From: an uncultured Chromatiales bacterium
GTDB lineage: Bacteria; Pseudomonadota; Gammaproteobacteria; JACKNK01; CAYPEH01
Length of the DNA stretch: 40,887 bases
Assembly (NCBI GenBank): GCA_964409585.1
Contig: CAYPEH010000007.1
Location: 1-40,887 of the forward strand
Direction: 5' to 3'
Part shown: piece by piece, positions 17,854-27,778 of the stretch
Layout: every line of letters starts with the position of its first letter
How positions within the stretch are numbered: the stretch's first letter is position 1
Program-made: the position numbers and the translations under genes
Notes under the pieces: model-generated
The model's input: the letters and a program-made list of their open reading frames with translations, nothing else
The model's database searches: none
What the model was told of the DNA's origin: nothing

Positions 17854-18015
17854 ACCTGAATCCGTGGGTTCATTGGAGCGCATAGCGCAATCTCTTGATC
17901 CGCCTGGCTATATGAAAAATCTCACCAGACCGTGGGGTATGGCTGCGATTTTTCATTACGCCATTCGAATCAATATCTTGCACTCTGCATCCCCTCTGAA
18001 CCCACGGATTCAGGT
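17854..18015. mobile_element. Family-B MITE (162 bp), opposite orientation to 9301-9462, flanked by TGA/TGA
   Basis: ACCTGAATCCGTGGGTTCA ... TGAACCCACGGATTCAGGT. TGA at 17851-17853 and 18016-18018. Confidence 0.85.
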
Positions 18016-18021
18016 TGAAGG

Positions 18022-18050
18022 AAAAAAGGCCCCGCCGGAGCGGGGCCTTT
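18022..18050 (-). terminator. Rho-independent terminator downstream of actP
   Basis: On the minus strand, AAAGGCCCCGC-TCCG-GCGGGGCCTTT is followed by TTTTTTCC. Confidence 0.8.
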
Positions 18051-18072
18051 GGCAACCGGGGTAAACCGGTTG

Positions 18073-19851
18073 TTAGTGGCCGATCGCACCTGTGGAGCCC
18101 TTGGGCACGCGGATGTCTTCGACCAAGTGCTGGATGTGCTCCGGAGGCGGAGTGGTGAACTTGGAGACGGTGAGAGCGACCGCGAAGTTGACCACAGCGC
18201 CGACGGCACCGAAGGCATTGGGGGAGATGCCCAGGAACCAGTTCGGACCCATGTCACCGAGGAAGGAGGTGCCCGGGATGAACATGATGCCCTTGTGCTG
18301 GAACACGTACAGCATGGTGACACCGATGCCGGAGATCATGCCGGCAATGGCGCCCGCCCGATTCACCTTCTTGCCGAAGATGCCCATCATCAGCACGGGG
18401 AAGATGGAGGAGGCGGCCAGACCGAAGGCGATGGCCACGGTGCCGGCTGCGAAATCGGGCGGATGCAGGCCGAAGTAACCGGCCAGTGCGATGGCGCCGG
18501 CCATGGCGACACGGCCTGCCATCAGCTCGCTCTTCTCAGAGATGTCGGGTGCGAAGACACCCTTGAGCAGATCGTGGGAGATGGCCGAGGAGATGGCCAG
18601 CAGCAGGCCCGCCGCGGTGGACAGGGCTGCGGCGAGACCACCGGCCACCACCAGGGCGATGACCCATGCGGGAAGATTGGCGATTTCAGGGTTGGCAAGC
18701 ACCATGATGTCGCGGTCCACCTTGACCATCTCGTTGCCCTTCCATCCCCAGGCTTCTGCCTTCTTGGCCATTTCCGGGTTCTTGTCGTTGTAGTACTGGA
18801 TTCGGCCGTCGCCGTTCTTGTCCTCGTACTTCAACAGACCGGTCTTCTCCCAGTTCTTGAACCAGGCCGGTGCCTCGTCGTACTTCAGGTTGGCGGTCTC
18901 TTCACCCACCGGGCCATGCTGGATGGTGGTCATCAGGTTCAGACGGGCCATGGAGCCGACGGAAGGAGCGGTGGTGTACAGGATGGCGATGAACACCAGG
19001 GCCCAACCGGCGGAGGAACGGGCGTCCTTGACCTTCGGCACGGTGAAGAAGCGGATGATGACGTGGGGCAGGCCCGCGGTACCGATCATCAGCGACAGGG
19101 TATAGACGAACATGTTGAGCTTGCTGCCCATGACTTGTGTCGTGTATTCCTTGAAGCCCAGCTCGGTGACGACCTGATCCAGACGGTCCAGCATGTAGGT
19201 GCCGTCGGCCATCTCACTGCCGAGGCCCAGCTGCGGGATGGGATTGCCGGTCAGGTGCATGGAGATGAAGATGGCCGGCACGGTGTAGGCGAAGATCAGC
19301 ACGCAGTACTGGGCGATCTGGGTGTAGGTGATGCCCTTCATGCCGCCCAGCACGGCGTAGATGAAGACGATGCCCATGCCGATGTACAGGCCGGTGTCGT
19401 AGTCGGTCTCCAGGAAACGGGAGAAGGCTACGCCGATACCCTTCATCTGGCCGATGACGTAGGTCACCGAGGCCAGGATCAGGCAGATGACGGCCACGAT
19501 TCGCGCGGTACGCGAGTAGTAACGGTCACCGATGAATTCCGGTACCGTGAACTTGCCGAACTTGCGCAGGTATGGCGCCAGCAGCATGGCCAGCAGCACG
19601 TAACCGCCGGTCCAGCCCATCAGGAATACCGATGCGCCGTAACCGTTGAATGCGATGAGACCTGCCATGGAGATGAAGGAGGCGGCGGACATCCAGTCAG
19701 CAGCTGTGGCCATGCCGTTGGCGACGGGGTGGACCCCCTTGCCGGCCACGTAGAACTCACCGGTGGTTCCGGCGCGCGCCCAGATGGCGATGCCGATGTA
19801 CAGCGCGAAGCTAGCGCCGACAACGACATAAGTCATAGTTTGAAGATCCAT
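18073..19851 (-). CDS. actP: Sodium:solute symporter family, acetate permease type (ActP / VC_2705 subfamily)
   Basis: 592 aa polytopic SSF protein, paired with a DUF4212 small subunit and located in the acs neighbourhood. Confidence 0.9.
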   Translation of the reverse strand: MDLQTMTYVVVGASFALYIGIAIWARAGTTGEFYVAGKGVHPVANGMATAADWMSAASFISMAGLIAFNGYGASVFLMGWTGGYVLLAMLLAPYLRKFGKFTVPEFIGDRYYSRTARIVAVICLILASVTYVIGQMKGIGVAFSRFLETDYDTGLYIGMGIVFIYAVLGGMKGITYTQIAQYCVLIFAYTVPAIFISMHLTGNPIPQLGLGSEMADGTYMLDRLDQVVTELGFKEYTTQVMGSKLNMFVYTLSLMIGTAGLPHVIIRFFTVPKVKDARSSAGWALVFIAILYTTAPSVGSMARLNLMTTIQHGPVGEETANLKYDEAPAWFKNWEKTGLLKYEDKNGDGRIQYYNDKNPEMAKKAEAWGWKGNEMVKVDRDIMVLANPEIANLPAWVIALVVAGGLAAALSTAAGLLLAISSAISHDLLKGVFAPDISEKSELMAGRVAMAGAIALAGYFGLHPPDFAAGTVAIAFGLAASSIFPVLMMGIFGKKVNRAGAIAGMISGIGVTMLYVFQHKGIMFIPGTSFLGDMGPNWFLGISPNAFGAVGAVVNFAVALTVSKFTTPPPEHIQHLVEDIRVPKGSTGAIGH

Positions 19852-19872
19852 GGATTCTGTACCCCCCTGGTG

Positions 19873-20130
19873 TCAGTCTTCGTGCACGTCAAACTCTTGA
19901 TCGAGTTTGTTCATGCGTGAGGCGTAGTAGAAGATCAGCGCCACGAAAACGTAGATCGACCCTTGCTGGGCGAACCAGAAACCGAGACCCACGCCACCCA
20001 CATGGATGTTGTTCAGCACATCCGAAAGGATGATGCCGAACAGGTAGGACACGGTGAACCAGATCGACAGACAGATGGTCAGGAGGCGCAGATTCGCCTT
20101 CCAATAATCGGAGGCGTTGCTTGTACTCAT
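19873..20130 (-). CDS. DUF4212 putative solute:sodium symporter small subunit
   Basis: 85 aa with two TM helices. YWKANLRL and GFWFAQQGSIYVF motifs. Lies 21 nt upstream of the symporter gene. Confidence 0.75.
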   Translation of the reverse strand: MSTSNASDYWKANLRLLTICLSIWFTVSYLFGIILSDVLNNIHVGGVGLGFWFAQQGSIYVFVALIFYYASRMNKLDQEFDVHED

Positions 20131-20526
20131 CGTTATATCTCTCCCCTGTGATCGTTGACTTTGGTGTTGTTCGAAGAACCCTATGAGTGATCGGAGCAGG
20201 GCTTCTTTCTTTCATATGGCCCTCGTCGTCACACCACTAGATGGCTTCACCCCATAGAAGAGGCCAAGACTGATGTTCCGGGCTGCTTCCGGACATGTCA
20301 AATCGGGGCTAACTCTCTGTCCGCAAAGGACAAATAAAATCCTGAGCGACATGAAACAATGGCCGGAAAATTGGGGTGATGGGAAACAGCAGCACGGGGT
20401 AAATGTTACGAAAGGAAACGGAATCACGGCCCAGGGTAACCTTTCGGCGATTTGTGAGGCGGGGCGGAAAAGAGGCAGCCGGGAGGGGGGAATCCGCGCT
20501 TTTTCCCCCACATCCGCTCCGTTGAA

Positions 20527-20748
20527 CCCGCCTGATTCATGGTGGCGAGCAAAGCCCATGGAACCGGATGAAAGTCATGAGCCATCATCCAAGGGTAGTG
20601 GGCTTCGGCCTGTCACGGCCCTGTCCGGTTCTGGCGTGCCTGGACTTGGGCTTCGCCGAATCCATAGCGGTGGGGATTCGGCTCCAACCCGGTGCCCAGC
20701 CGCACCGGCCCAGCGCCAGGAACCGCGATCCACCATGAATAAGGCGGG
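20527..20748. mobile_element. Family-C MITE (222 bp) flanked by 5-bp direct repeat TTGAA
   Basis: CCCGCCTGATTCATGGTGG ... CCACCATGAATAAGGCGGG. TTGAA at 20522-20526 and 20749-20753. Confidence 0.85.
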
Positions 20749-20842
20749 TTGAAAGGGGGAGTTACCGCCGGCCGGTGTGCTCGGGGCAGGGGGAGGGGAA
20801 TAAAGATGTGTTGCCGGACTGTGCTCCGGGAGGACTGGAGAT

Positions 20843-21424
20843 TTACTGGGTCGTACTCTGTGTTGCCATGTAGCGGTTGGACAACCACAACACGTCGGCG
20901 TCTTCCAGCCTCAGGTCATCGCCCAGTCTTGCCAGCACGACACCATGCTCGGTCACCCAGCGATAGACGCCGGGGCCGCCCGCTTGCGCATCGACGGCCG
21001 CCGGGGCACCCAATTCGCCGCGCAACTGCCGGTGCAGAAAGGCCTGATGCGCCGGTTGGAAGCCGATCTTGACCACGGACAGGTGTCCGTCACGGAAAAA
21101 AATCTTTGCATAGCGGGCTGGCACACCGTTGAAGGAGGCGATGGCACTACTGCACAGCCGGTCCCCGAAGTTGCTCTGCCGTTCCTCGCAGTGAAATGGA
21201 ACCTCGGGAAAACTGGCGCGGAAATCGTCCTCGATGACCGCTCCCTGCAACTTGGCGAAGGCGATATCCATGTCCTCCGTGCCTTTCAGCAGTGCCGTCA
21301 TCACCATGTCGGTACGGCGTTGGCCGTCGTCGGTGAAGACCAGCCAGAAGAACGGCCCGAACACCAGCATCAGCAGCATGAGTTTTTTGTAGAGCGGGTT
21401 GACGGTGAATCGTTTGTTGGTCAT
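20843..21424 (-). CDS. Hypothetical membrane-anchored protein (193 aa)
   Basis: ATG ORF with an N-terminal TM helix (LMLLMLVFGPFFWLVF). Same strand as cbrB and orf145, 45 nt downstream of orf145. No recognisable family. Confidence 0.6.
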   Translation of the reverse strand: MTNKRFTVNPLYKKLMLLMLVFGPFFWLVFTDDGQRRTDMVMTALLKGTEDMDIAFAKLQGAVIEDDFRASFPEVPFHCEERQSNFGDRLCSSAIASFNGVPARYAKIFFRDGHLSVVKIGFQPAHQAFLHRQLRGELGAPAAVDAQAGGPGVYRWVTEHGVVLARLGDDLRLEDADVLWLSNRYMATQSTTQ

Positions 21425-21469
21425 GGGGTAATCAGGAAAGCTCTGAATGGGGTGGGGCCTTCCGGACTC

Positions 21470-21907
21470 TCAGCTGAACAGCGCCTGCCACCAACGGCGG
21501 CGGTTTCCGGGAGGGGGAAAGGCGGCCGGCAGGTCGACCGGTTTGAGTGTCGACAGGACCCAGCCGGGCAGGGGCGGATGCTCGGAAAAGCCACAGGAGA
21601 CGCCGAGATTGTTGGGGTCGAAGATCTTGATGAAGCAGGGCTGTTCGAAATCATCCGCGTAGACGATACCGCAATACCGTTCTTCGTGTTCTCTGCGCAG
21701 CAATTGATTGATCTCGGTTAGAAAATGGTCGAGTTGTTCTGCGCTGACGGACTCTTCCGGTGGCTGTTCACCGACGGCATAGATGAACCAATGGCGGTCG
21801 GCCAGTTCACGTACGCGGTCGAACAGTTCATCCAGCTGCTCCCATTTCAGCACGCCTTTGAAGCGGCCCTTGTAAACGGTCAGGTAAGGATTCTTGTCCT
21901 GGCTCAT
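21470..21907 (-). CDS. Conserved-looking hypothetical protein (145 aa)
   Basis: ATG ORF starting 6 nt after the cbrB stop, with soluble acidic composition. No recognisable family. Confidence 0.65.
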   Translation of the reverse strand: MSQDKNPYLTVYKGRFKGVLKWEQLDELFDRVRELADRHWFIYAVGEQPPEESVSAEQLDHFLTEINQLLRREHEERYCGIVYADDFEQPCFIKIFDPNNLGVSCGFSEHPPLPGWVLSTLKPVDLPAAFPPPGNRRRWWQALFS

Positions 21908-21913
21908 GTTGGT

Positions 21914-23251
21914 CTACTTTCGTCTTGGCACGCCAAGCCGCTGGCGTCTTTCCCACAAGGTCTTGCGGCTGATACCCAGTCGTCTGGCCAGTTCGGTTTC
22001 GGTCATCTGGTCCTGATTGTCGAGGACGAAACGGCGGAAGTAATCGTCCAGGGATAATATGCTGTTGCTCTTGCTGGCGGATTCGTTCGTGGACGGCTCG
22101 CTGGGCTCCAGGGCCATCAATTCCGGCCCGATCTCATCGCCATCGCTGAGAATCACCGCGCGCTCGATGGCATTTTCCATTTCCCGCACATTGCCCGGCC
22201 AGGGATGGGTGCGGATGCGGTTCATGGCCGCCGTGGAAAATCTCAGGGGGCCCCGGTTCAGGCGCTTGCGGCATTTCTGTAACAGGAAATTGGCCAGGGC
22301 TGGTATGTCGTCACCACGCTCCCGGAGTGGCGGCAGGCGGATTTCCATCACCCGCAGCCGGAAGAACAGATCCTCGCGGAACAATCCCTCGTCCACGCGC
22401 TTATGCAGCTCACGGTGGGTGGCGGCCACCAGCCGGATATCGGCGCGCCGCACCCGGGTGGAACCGACGCGGCGGATCTCGCCGTCCTGCAGCACGCGCA
22501 GCAGGCGGGCCTGGGCGGCGGGGGGCAGCTCACCGATCTCGTCCAGGAACAGGGTGCCGCCGTCGGCGGCCTCCACCAGCCCCTTGTGTTCTCCGACTGC
22601 GCCGGTGAAGGCGCCTTTCTCGTGGCCGAACAGTTCGGATTCGATCAGGCTTTCCGGAATCGCGGCGCAATTGACCGTGATCAGCGGGGCGTCGGCGCGG
22701 GTGCTTTGTTTGTGCAGGGCGCGGGCGACCAGTTCCTTGCCGGTGCCCGATTCGCCGAGTATCAGGACCGTGGTGTCCGTCGGGGCCACACGCTCGACCC
22801 TCTGAAAGACATCACGCATGGCCTCGCATTCACCGACCATACCCTCGATGGGATACTCGCGACTGAGATCCGATTTGAGCGCCTGGTTCTGCCGTGCCAG
22901 CCGGTTCTGCTGGAGGATGCGCTTGACCATCAGCAGCAGTTCGTCGTGGTCGAAGGGTTTGGCGATGTAATCCACCGCGCCCATTTTCATCGATTCCACT
23001 GCGGAGCGGACGCTGGCGTAGCTGGTCATGATCAATACCGGCACCCCTTCGGCCAGCGGAATGATGTCGGTGCCGGGGCCGCCGGGGAGGCGCAGGTCGG
23101 CGATGATCAGATCATAGCCACTGAGATCGAAGTTGCTGCTGGCTTCCGCTACCGTGCCCGCATCGTCCACCTGGTACTCATGCCGCTCCAGGAGGCGGCG
23201 TAGGGCAGAGCGGATGACGCTTTCGTCTTCGATGATGAGGATGGTAGCCAT
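21914..23251 (-). CDS. cbrB: Sigma-54-dependent NtrC-family response regulator, CbrB-like
   Basis: 445 aa. Receiver domain ([27 protein letters not shown]). AAA+ domain with GESGTGKE and [16 protein letters not shown]-terminal HTH. The N-terminus closely resembles recalled Pseudomonas CbrB. Confidence 0.88.
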   Translation of the reverse strand: MATILIIEDESVIRSALRRLLERHEYQVDDAGTVAEASSNFDLSGYDLIIADLRLPGGPGTDIIPLAEGVPVLIMTSYASVRSAVESMKMGAVDYIAKPFDHDELLLMVKRILQQNRLARQNQALKSDLSREYPIEGMVGECEAMRDVFQRVERVAPTDTTVLILGESGTGKELVARALHKQSTRADAPLITVNCAAIPESLIESELFGHEKGAFTGAVGEHKGLVEAADGGTLFLDEIGELPPAAQARLLRVLQDGEIRRVGSTRVRRADIRLVAATHRELHKRVDEGLFREDLFFRLRVMEIRLPPLRERGDDIPALANFLLQKCRKRLNRGPLRFSTAAMNRIRTHPWPGNVREMENAIERAVILSDGDEIGPELMALEPSEPSTNESASKSNSILSLDDYFRRFVLDNQDQMTETELARRLGISRKTLWERRQRLGVPRRK

Positions 23252-23307
23252 GGTGGGGGGATTATACGCATGCGGGAAGGGAACGGGGGGTGCCCATTCA
23301 TTTAACA

Positions 23308-23358
23308 GGTCAGGGACGCGGGGCGAGCCCTGAACATTATTGGTTGCCGGACCAATAT
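23308..23358. repeat. Solo fragment of a family-D MITE right end in the cbrA-cbrB spacer
   Basis: GGTCAGGGACGCGGGGCGAGCCCTGAACATTATTGGTTGCCGGACCAATA aligns with 26687-26748 (GGTTAGGGATGCGGGG...CCTGAACAGGATCTACCCGGTTGCCGGGTTAATA). Confidence 0.5.
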
Positions 23359-26313
23359 CTATTTGGGGGCTGGGTTGGATGACTGCAGGGGCAGAAATAC
23401 ACTGAAGCGGGTGCCCTTGCCCGGCTCGCTCTCCAGGGTGATGTCGCCTCCGTGGTCACGGATGATGCTGTAGACCAGTGGCAGGCCCAGGCCGGTCCCT
23501 TCACCGGGCTGCTTGCTGGTGTAGAAGGGCTCGAAGATGCGTTCATGGAGATCCTCGGGAATGCCTTCGCCCTGGTCTATGACGTCGATGCGCAACTGTC
23601 CGCCGTCGCGGGTGGCCTGGATCTCCACCGTGTCGCCGGGTTTCGAGGCATCGCGGGCATTGACCAGCAGATTGACGAAAACCTGGATCAGGCGTTGCGG
23701 GTCGCCCTGGACCTGCAGGCCGGTGGGGCAGGTGTTGACGCAATCCACCTGTTTCGCCTTGTGGCTCAACTGGACCAGGCGCACCGCCTCGTCCACGCAT
23801 TGGCAGATATGGATGGATTCGAAATGCCCATGACTCACCTGTCCTCCATGGGTGAAGGTGAGCAGGGATTGCACGATGTCGGTGATCCGCCGTGTCTGCT
23901 CCAGGATCATCTGTATGCCTTCCTGTATTACCTCCGGTTCGGTCTCGTATTTCAGATTCTGGCTGATACTGTTGATGCCGGTGAGGGGGTTGCCGATCTC
24001 GTGGGCCACGCCGGCGGCCAGGCGGCCGATGGAGGCAAGGCGCTCGCTGTGGGCCAGTTCCACTTCCAGGGTGTGCAGCTCGCTCAGATCCTCCAGCAGG
24101 ATGACCGTTCCGGCCAGCGGTTCGTCGTCCTGTTCCAGGCTGGATTCGAGTACGGCCTTGTGCAGGTTCATCCAGCGCGGCTGGCCGTTGATCTCCAGTT
24201 CCACCTTGTACAGATGTTGGTCTCGGGTGCGGACGAAGCGGCTGAGCAGTTCGTTCCAGGGGGCGTCCAGGGCTTCGAGCCGGGAGCCTATGGCCTCGTG
24301 CTTGGGAATCCCCGACAGCACGGTCATGGCCAGGTTCCAGATCACTACCTCGCCATCCGGCCCCAGTGAACAGACCGCCAGAGGCAGTTCCTGGAGGATG
24401 TCGCTGTGATAGCGGCGCAGGCTGTCCAACTGGGCGCTCATGCCTTCCAGGCGTACACGTGAATCGGCCAGACGGTCTTCGATGAAGCGCAGGCTGTCGG
24501 CCAGGGCGATACGTTCACCCGGCGCCAGTTGCAGGCGTTGATCGACGATGGCCCGGGCCAGCAGGGGGCCGACCAGGCCGGACAGGTTGCGTTCGATGCG
24601 TTCGCGCAACCGCCGCAGTTCTGCCGAGCGGTGTTCCTGCGGTGACAGTCCCAGGTCCTGAAGTGCACTGCTCACTTCACGGTCGGCGGCCTCCTCACCC
24701 ATGATCCAGGCTAGGCGTTCCTTGAACTGTTCGGAGGAGGCGGCACTGACCACACCCAGTGGCAGATTGATGGAACGGCGGCAGCAGGCGCGGGCCGCCT
24801 CCATTTCCTCCTCGCTGGGCCGTGTGAACAGGGAAACCGTGAAAAACAACAGGGCATTGATGGACAGGGACCAGAAGGTGGCGAAACTCCAATGATCCTG
24901 GCCGCTGAGTTCACGTAAGTGGGATATGCCCAGGTCACTGCCGATCAGGCCGGAGTTGGCCGCCAGGGGAATGATCAGTGTCAGTACCCAGACGGCTGCT
25001 CCGCCAAGCAGTCCGCTGATGAAGCCGGCTCGGGTGGCGTGGGGCCAGAACAGCAGGCCGACCACACCGGGCAGGAATTGGGCGACGGCAACGAAGGAGA
25101 TCAGGCCCAGTTGCACCAGGCCCTGGTTGTTCTCCAGAACCAGGTGGAAACCGAAACCAGCCAGGATGATGACCGCAATCAGGACGCGGCGTCCCCACAG
25201 CAGCCGCTGATAGAGATTCAGATGACTGCGTCCGGGCGTGGAGAGGGTGGCCGGCAGGATCAGGTGATTGAGGGTCATGGCGGCCAGCGCCAGGGTGGTG
25301 ACGATCATCATGGCACTGGCGGAGGAGACGCCGCCGACGAAGGCCAGCACCGGCAGCAGACTGCTCTGCGCGGTAAGGGTGATGCCGAGCACGTAGTAAT
25401 CCGCCTCCGTGGGCGCCTGGATCGCCTGCCCTGCCCACAGGATCAGCGGGATGGGCAGGTTCAGCAGCAACAGCAGAAGGGGGAAACCCCAGGAGGCCTT
25501 GTCCAGGCCGCGCGGTTCGATGTTTTCGGTGAATGCCATGTGGAACTGCCGCGGCAGCAGGAAGGCGGCGGCGAAGGAAAGCAGCAGGAAGGTGGTCCAG
25601 GGGCCTTCGCGCACCGGATCGTATAGTGCCTCCAGGGCTTGAGGATGCGCCTGCAACCAGGCCTGCAACGGACCGGTTCCACCGAATACACCGAACAGGG
25701 CGAACAGCCCGACCAGCAGCAGGGCGATGAGCTTGACCGCGGATTCGAAAGCGATGGCCACCACCAGTCCCTCATGTTTTTCCCGGGGGGAGATGTGGCG
25801 GGCTCCGAAGAGGATGGCGAACAGGATCAGGGTGAGACAGAAACCCAGTGCCAGCAGCGTGGGGGGCGTACCCTGGGTGAGGATCTGAATGGATTCGGTG
25901 ACCGCGCGTATCTGCAACGAGATATAGGGCAGGGCACCGGCCAGCATGAACAGGGTGACCAGTACGCCGGCCCAGTGACTGCGGTAGCGGAAGGCGAACA
26001 GGTCGGCGAGGGAAGTGAGCTGGTATTCGCGTGTCAGGTGCAGGATGGGCCTGAGTATGACCGGCGCGAGGATGAAGGCGAGGGTGACGCCCAGGTAGAT
26101 GGTAAGGAAGTTATAGCCCTGATTCTGGGCGAAACCGACGCTGCCGTAATAGCTCCAGGACGTGGCGTAGACACCCAGGGACAGCACGTAAGTGGCCGGG
26201 TGACGGGCGATGCGCGCCGGAATGTACTCGCGCTCGGCCGCATAGGCGACCAGAAACAGCACCAGCAGGTAACAGACCGCGGCGAAAAACAGGTGGACCA
26301 GTTCAAAGGTCAT
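23359..26313 (-). CDS. cbrA: Sensor histidine kinase with an N-terminal SLC5/sodium-solute-symporter-like domain, CbrA-like
   Basis: 984 aa. About 13 TM helices, a PAS-like region, H-box AHEIGNPL, N-box [10 protein letters not shown]-boxes DQGEGI and GTGLGL. No receiver domain. Confidence 0.9.
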   Translation of the reverse strand: MTFELVHLFFAAVCYLLVLFLVAYAAEREYIPARIARHPATYVLSLGVYATSWSYYGSVGFAQNQGYNFLTIYLGVTLAFILAPVILRPILHLTREYQLTSLADLFAFRYRSHWAGVLVTLFMLAGALPYISLQIRAVTESIQILTQGTPPTLLALGFCLTLILFAILFGARHISPREKHEGLVVAIAFESAVKLIALLLVGLFALFGVFGGTGPLQAWLQAHPQALEALYDPVREGPWTTFLLLSFAAAFLLPRQFHMAFTENIEPRGLDKASWGFPLLLLLLNLPIPLILWAGQAIQAPTEADYYVLGITLTAQSSLLPVLAFVGGVSSASAMMIVTTLALAAMTLNHLILPATLSTPGRSHLNLYQRLLWGRRVLIAVIILAGFGFHLVLENNQGLVQLGLISFVAVAQFLPGVVGLLFWPHATRAGFISGLLGGAAVWVLTLIIPLAANSGLIGSDLGISHLRELSGQDHWSFATFWSLSINALLFFTVSLFTRPSEEEMEAARACCRRSINLPLGVVSAASSEQFKERLAWIMGEEAADREVSSALQDLGLSPQEHRSAELRRLRERIERNLSGLVGPLLARAIVDQRLQLAPGERIALADSLRFIEDRLADSRVRLEGMSAQLDSLRRYHSDILQELPLAVCSLGPDGEVVIWNLAMTVLSGIPKHEAIGSRLEALDAPWNELLSRFVRTRDQHLYKVELEINGQPRWMNLHKAVLESSLEQDDEPLAGTVILLEDLSELHTLEVELAHSERLASIGRLAAGVAHEIGNPLTGINSISQNLKYETEPEVIQEGIQMILEQTRRITDIVQSLLTFTHGGQVSHGHFESIHICQCVDEAVRLVQLSHKAKQVDCVNTCPTGLQVQGDPQRLIQVFVNLLVNARDASKPGDTVEIQATRDGGQLRIDVIDQGEGIPEDLHERIFEPFYTSKQPGEGTGLGLPLVYSIIRDHGGDITLESEPGKGTRFSVFLPLQSSNPAPK

Positions 26314-26503
26314 CGGAGTGGTTTCTCCGTGGTCTCAGGGCGGAAAGTGCGATGAGCCCCGCCCAGATCAGATAGGGCAGATACCACGGGTGTTCACCTC
26401 TCGCCCACCAGTTGAGTACTGGTGCCGTGAGTACGGCGATACCCAGCAGAAAGATCAACAGTGCGAGATCCGGATTGCGGTTGTTTTCGGAATCCAAGGC
26501 CAC
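26303..26503 (-). CDS. Small two-TM membrane protein overlapping the cbrA start by 11 nt, CbrX-like (start uncertain: GTG at 26503 or TTG at 26497)
   Basis: 66 aa ORF. AAGGAGG overlaps or precedes the start. The overlapping arrangement matches the cbrX-cbrA arrangement known from Pseudomonas. Confidence 0.55.
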   Translation of the reverse strand: MALDSENNRNPDLALLIFLLGIAVLTAPVLNWWARGEHPWYLPYLIWAGLIALSALRPRRNHSDDL

Positions 26504-26545
26504 CTCCTTCCCGGCCCCGGCGGGGACCGTGCCGGGGATTATATT

Positions 26546-26748
26546 ATTAAGCCGGCAACCTAGTATGTCGGGTTCAGCCGTGCTGTGCGTGCTCGCGGCA
26601 AGGCGTCGAAGCGCCGCTGCAGCACTCCTGCAGCCAGCTTCGACAACGCCGCCCTCGGGCCGGCACAGGCTTGTGCCTGTCCAATAGGTTAGGGATGCGG
26701 GGCAAGGCCCCGCATCCTGAACAGGATCTACCCGGTTGCCGGGTTAAT
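26546..26748. mobile_element. Family-D MITE (203 bp)
   Basis: ATTAAGCCGGCAACCTAGTATGTCGGGTTCAG ... CTGAACAGGATCTACCCGGTTGCCGGGTTAAT. Internal hairpin module related to 3831-3930 in reverse orientation. Confidence 0.8.
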
Positions 26749-26808
26749 AGCGTCGCGCCGGAAACGCGCCGCCGCCGTCGCCGCTCGTTTGCGCGGGAGG
26801 TTGCATGC

Positions 26809-27708
26809 TCAGGGCACGGGGGCAGGCAGGGTGAGCTGCGCGGGCACGGTCTCCAGGGACCAGTTTTGCACCGCCCATCGCCAGAGTTCCTCGACGCTGG
26901 CGTCCACCAGTTCCGCCGGGGGGCGCTGGCCGAGAAACTCCAGCGCGCGGATCAGCGCGGGGACCGGACGTTTGTCGTCCAGGGCAGGGGCGTGGGTCTG
27001 TTTGCTGAGCTTTTCCCCCGCGGAATTGACGGCCACCGGCAGGTGCAGATAGTCCGGAATGGTTTGTCCCAGCCGCTGCAACAGAAAGATCTGTCTTGGG
27101 GTCGAGTCCAGCAGGTCCGAACCGCGGACGACTTCGGTGATGCCCTGTTCGGCATCGTCCACCACCACCGCCAGCTGGTAGGCGAACAGTCCGTCGGCGC
27201 GGCGCACGATGAAATCCCCCACCTCGGTCTCCAGGCACTGCTGCCGTGGCCCCTGCAGCCGGTCATGGAAGACCACTGGGTCCGGGCCGGTCCGCATCCG
27301 CAGGGCGCGTGCCTGTTGGCCCTTTGCGAGGCCGTTTCGGCAGGTTCCGGGATAGATGCCCCGACCATCGCTGGCTGCCGCGATCTGTTTGCGGGTGCAG
27401 CCACAAGGGTAGACATCACCGTTGCGGATCAGCCGGTCCAGACTGTCCAGATAGGCCTGTGTGCGTTGGCTCTGGTACATCACTGCGCCATCCCACTGGA
27501 ATCCGTGGGCTTCCAGGCTGCGCAGGATGGCATCGGCAGCGCCCGCCTGTTCCCTGGGCGGGTCCAGGTCTTCCATGCGAACCAGCCATTGGCCGTTCAG
27601 GCTGCGGGCGCGCAGGGCACTGCCAAGGGCCGCCACCAGGGAGCCGAAATGCAGCGGGCCCGTAGGGGAGGGGGCGAAACGGCCCCGGTATGTGCCTTCG
27701 TCTTGCAT
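26809..27708 (-). CDS. gluQ: Glutamyl-Q tRNA(Asp) synthetase
   Basis: Start moved to the ATG at 27708 (MQDEGTYRGRFAPSPTGPLHFGSL = HIGH-type motif). Zinc-site Cys residues (YPCGCTRK.., YPGTC). Lies downstream of dksA as in enterobacteria. Confidence 0.9.
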   Translation of the reverse strand: MQDEGTYRGRFAPSPTGPLHFGSLVAALGSALRARSLNGQWLVRMEDLDPPREQAGAADAILRSLEAHGFQWDGAVMYQSQRTQAYLDSLDRLIRNGDVYPCGCTRKQIAAASDGRGIYPGTCRNGLAKGQQARALRMRTGPDPVVFHDRLQGPRQQCLETEVGDFIVRRADGLFAYQLAVVVDDAEQGITEVVRGSDLLDSTPRQIFLLQRLGQTIPDYLHLPVAVNSAGEKLSKQTHAPALDDKRPVPALIRALEFLGQRPPAELVDASVEELWRWAVQNWSLETVPAQLTLPAPVP

Positions 27709-27721
27709 CGAATCGAACAGG

Positions 27722-27755
27722 AGAAAGACGAAAAAGGCCGGCATGGGCCGGCCTT
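27722..27755 (-). terminator. Hairpin terminator/attenuator between dksA and gluQ
   Basis: On the minus strand, AAGGCCGGC-CCAT-GCCGGCCTT is followed by TTTCGTCTTTCTC. Confidence 0.75.
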
Positions 27756-27778
27756 CCAGGGAAACACGGGTGGAAACC

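Noticed and set aside
20131-20526. Search for a sigma-54 (-24 GG / -12 GC) promoter upstream of DUF4212-actP and upstream of acs (14795-14960).
   Set aside because: No TGGCAC-N5-TTGC-like match with correct spacing on the minus strand. The nearest look-alikes (for example TGGCCGGAAAATTGG at 20360-20374) are on the wrong strand or lack the GC element.
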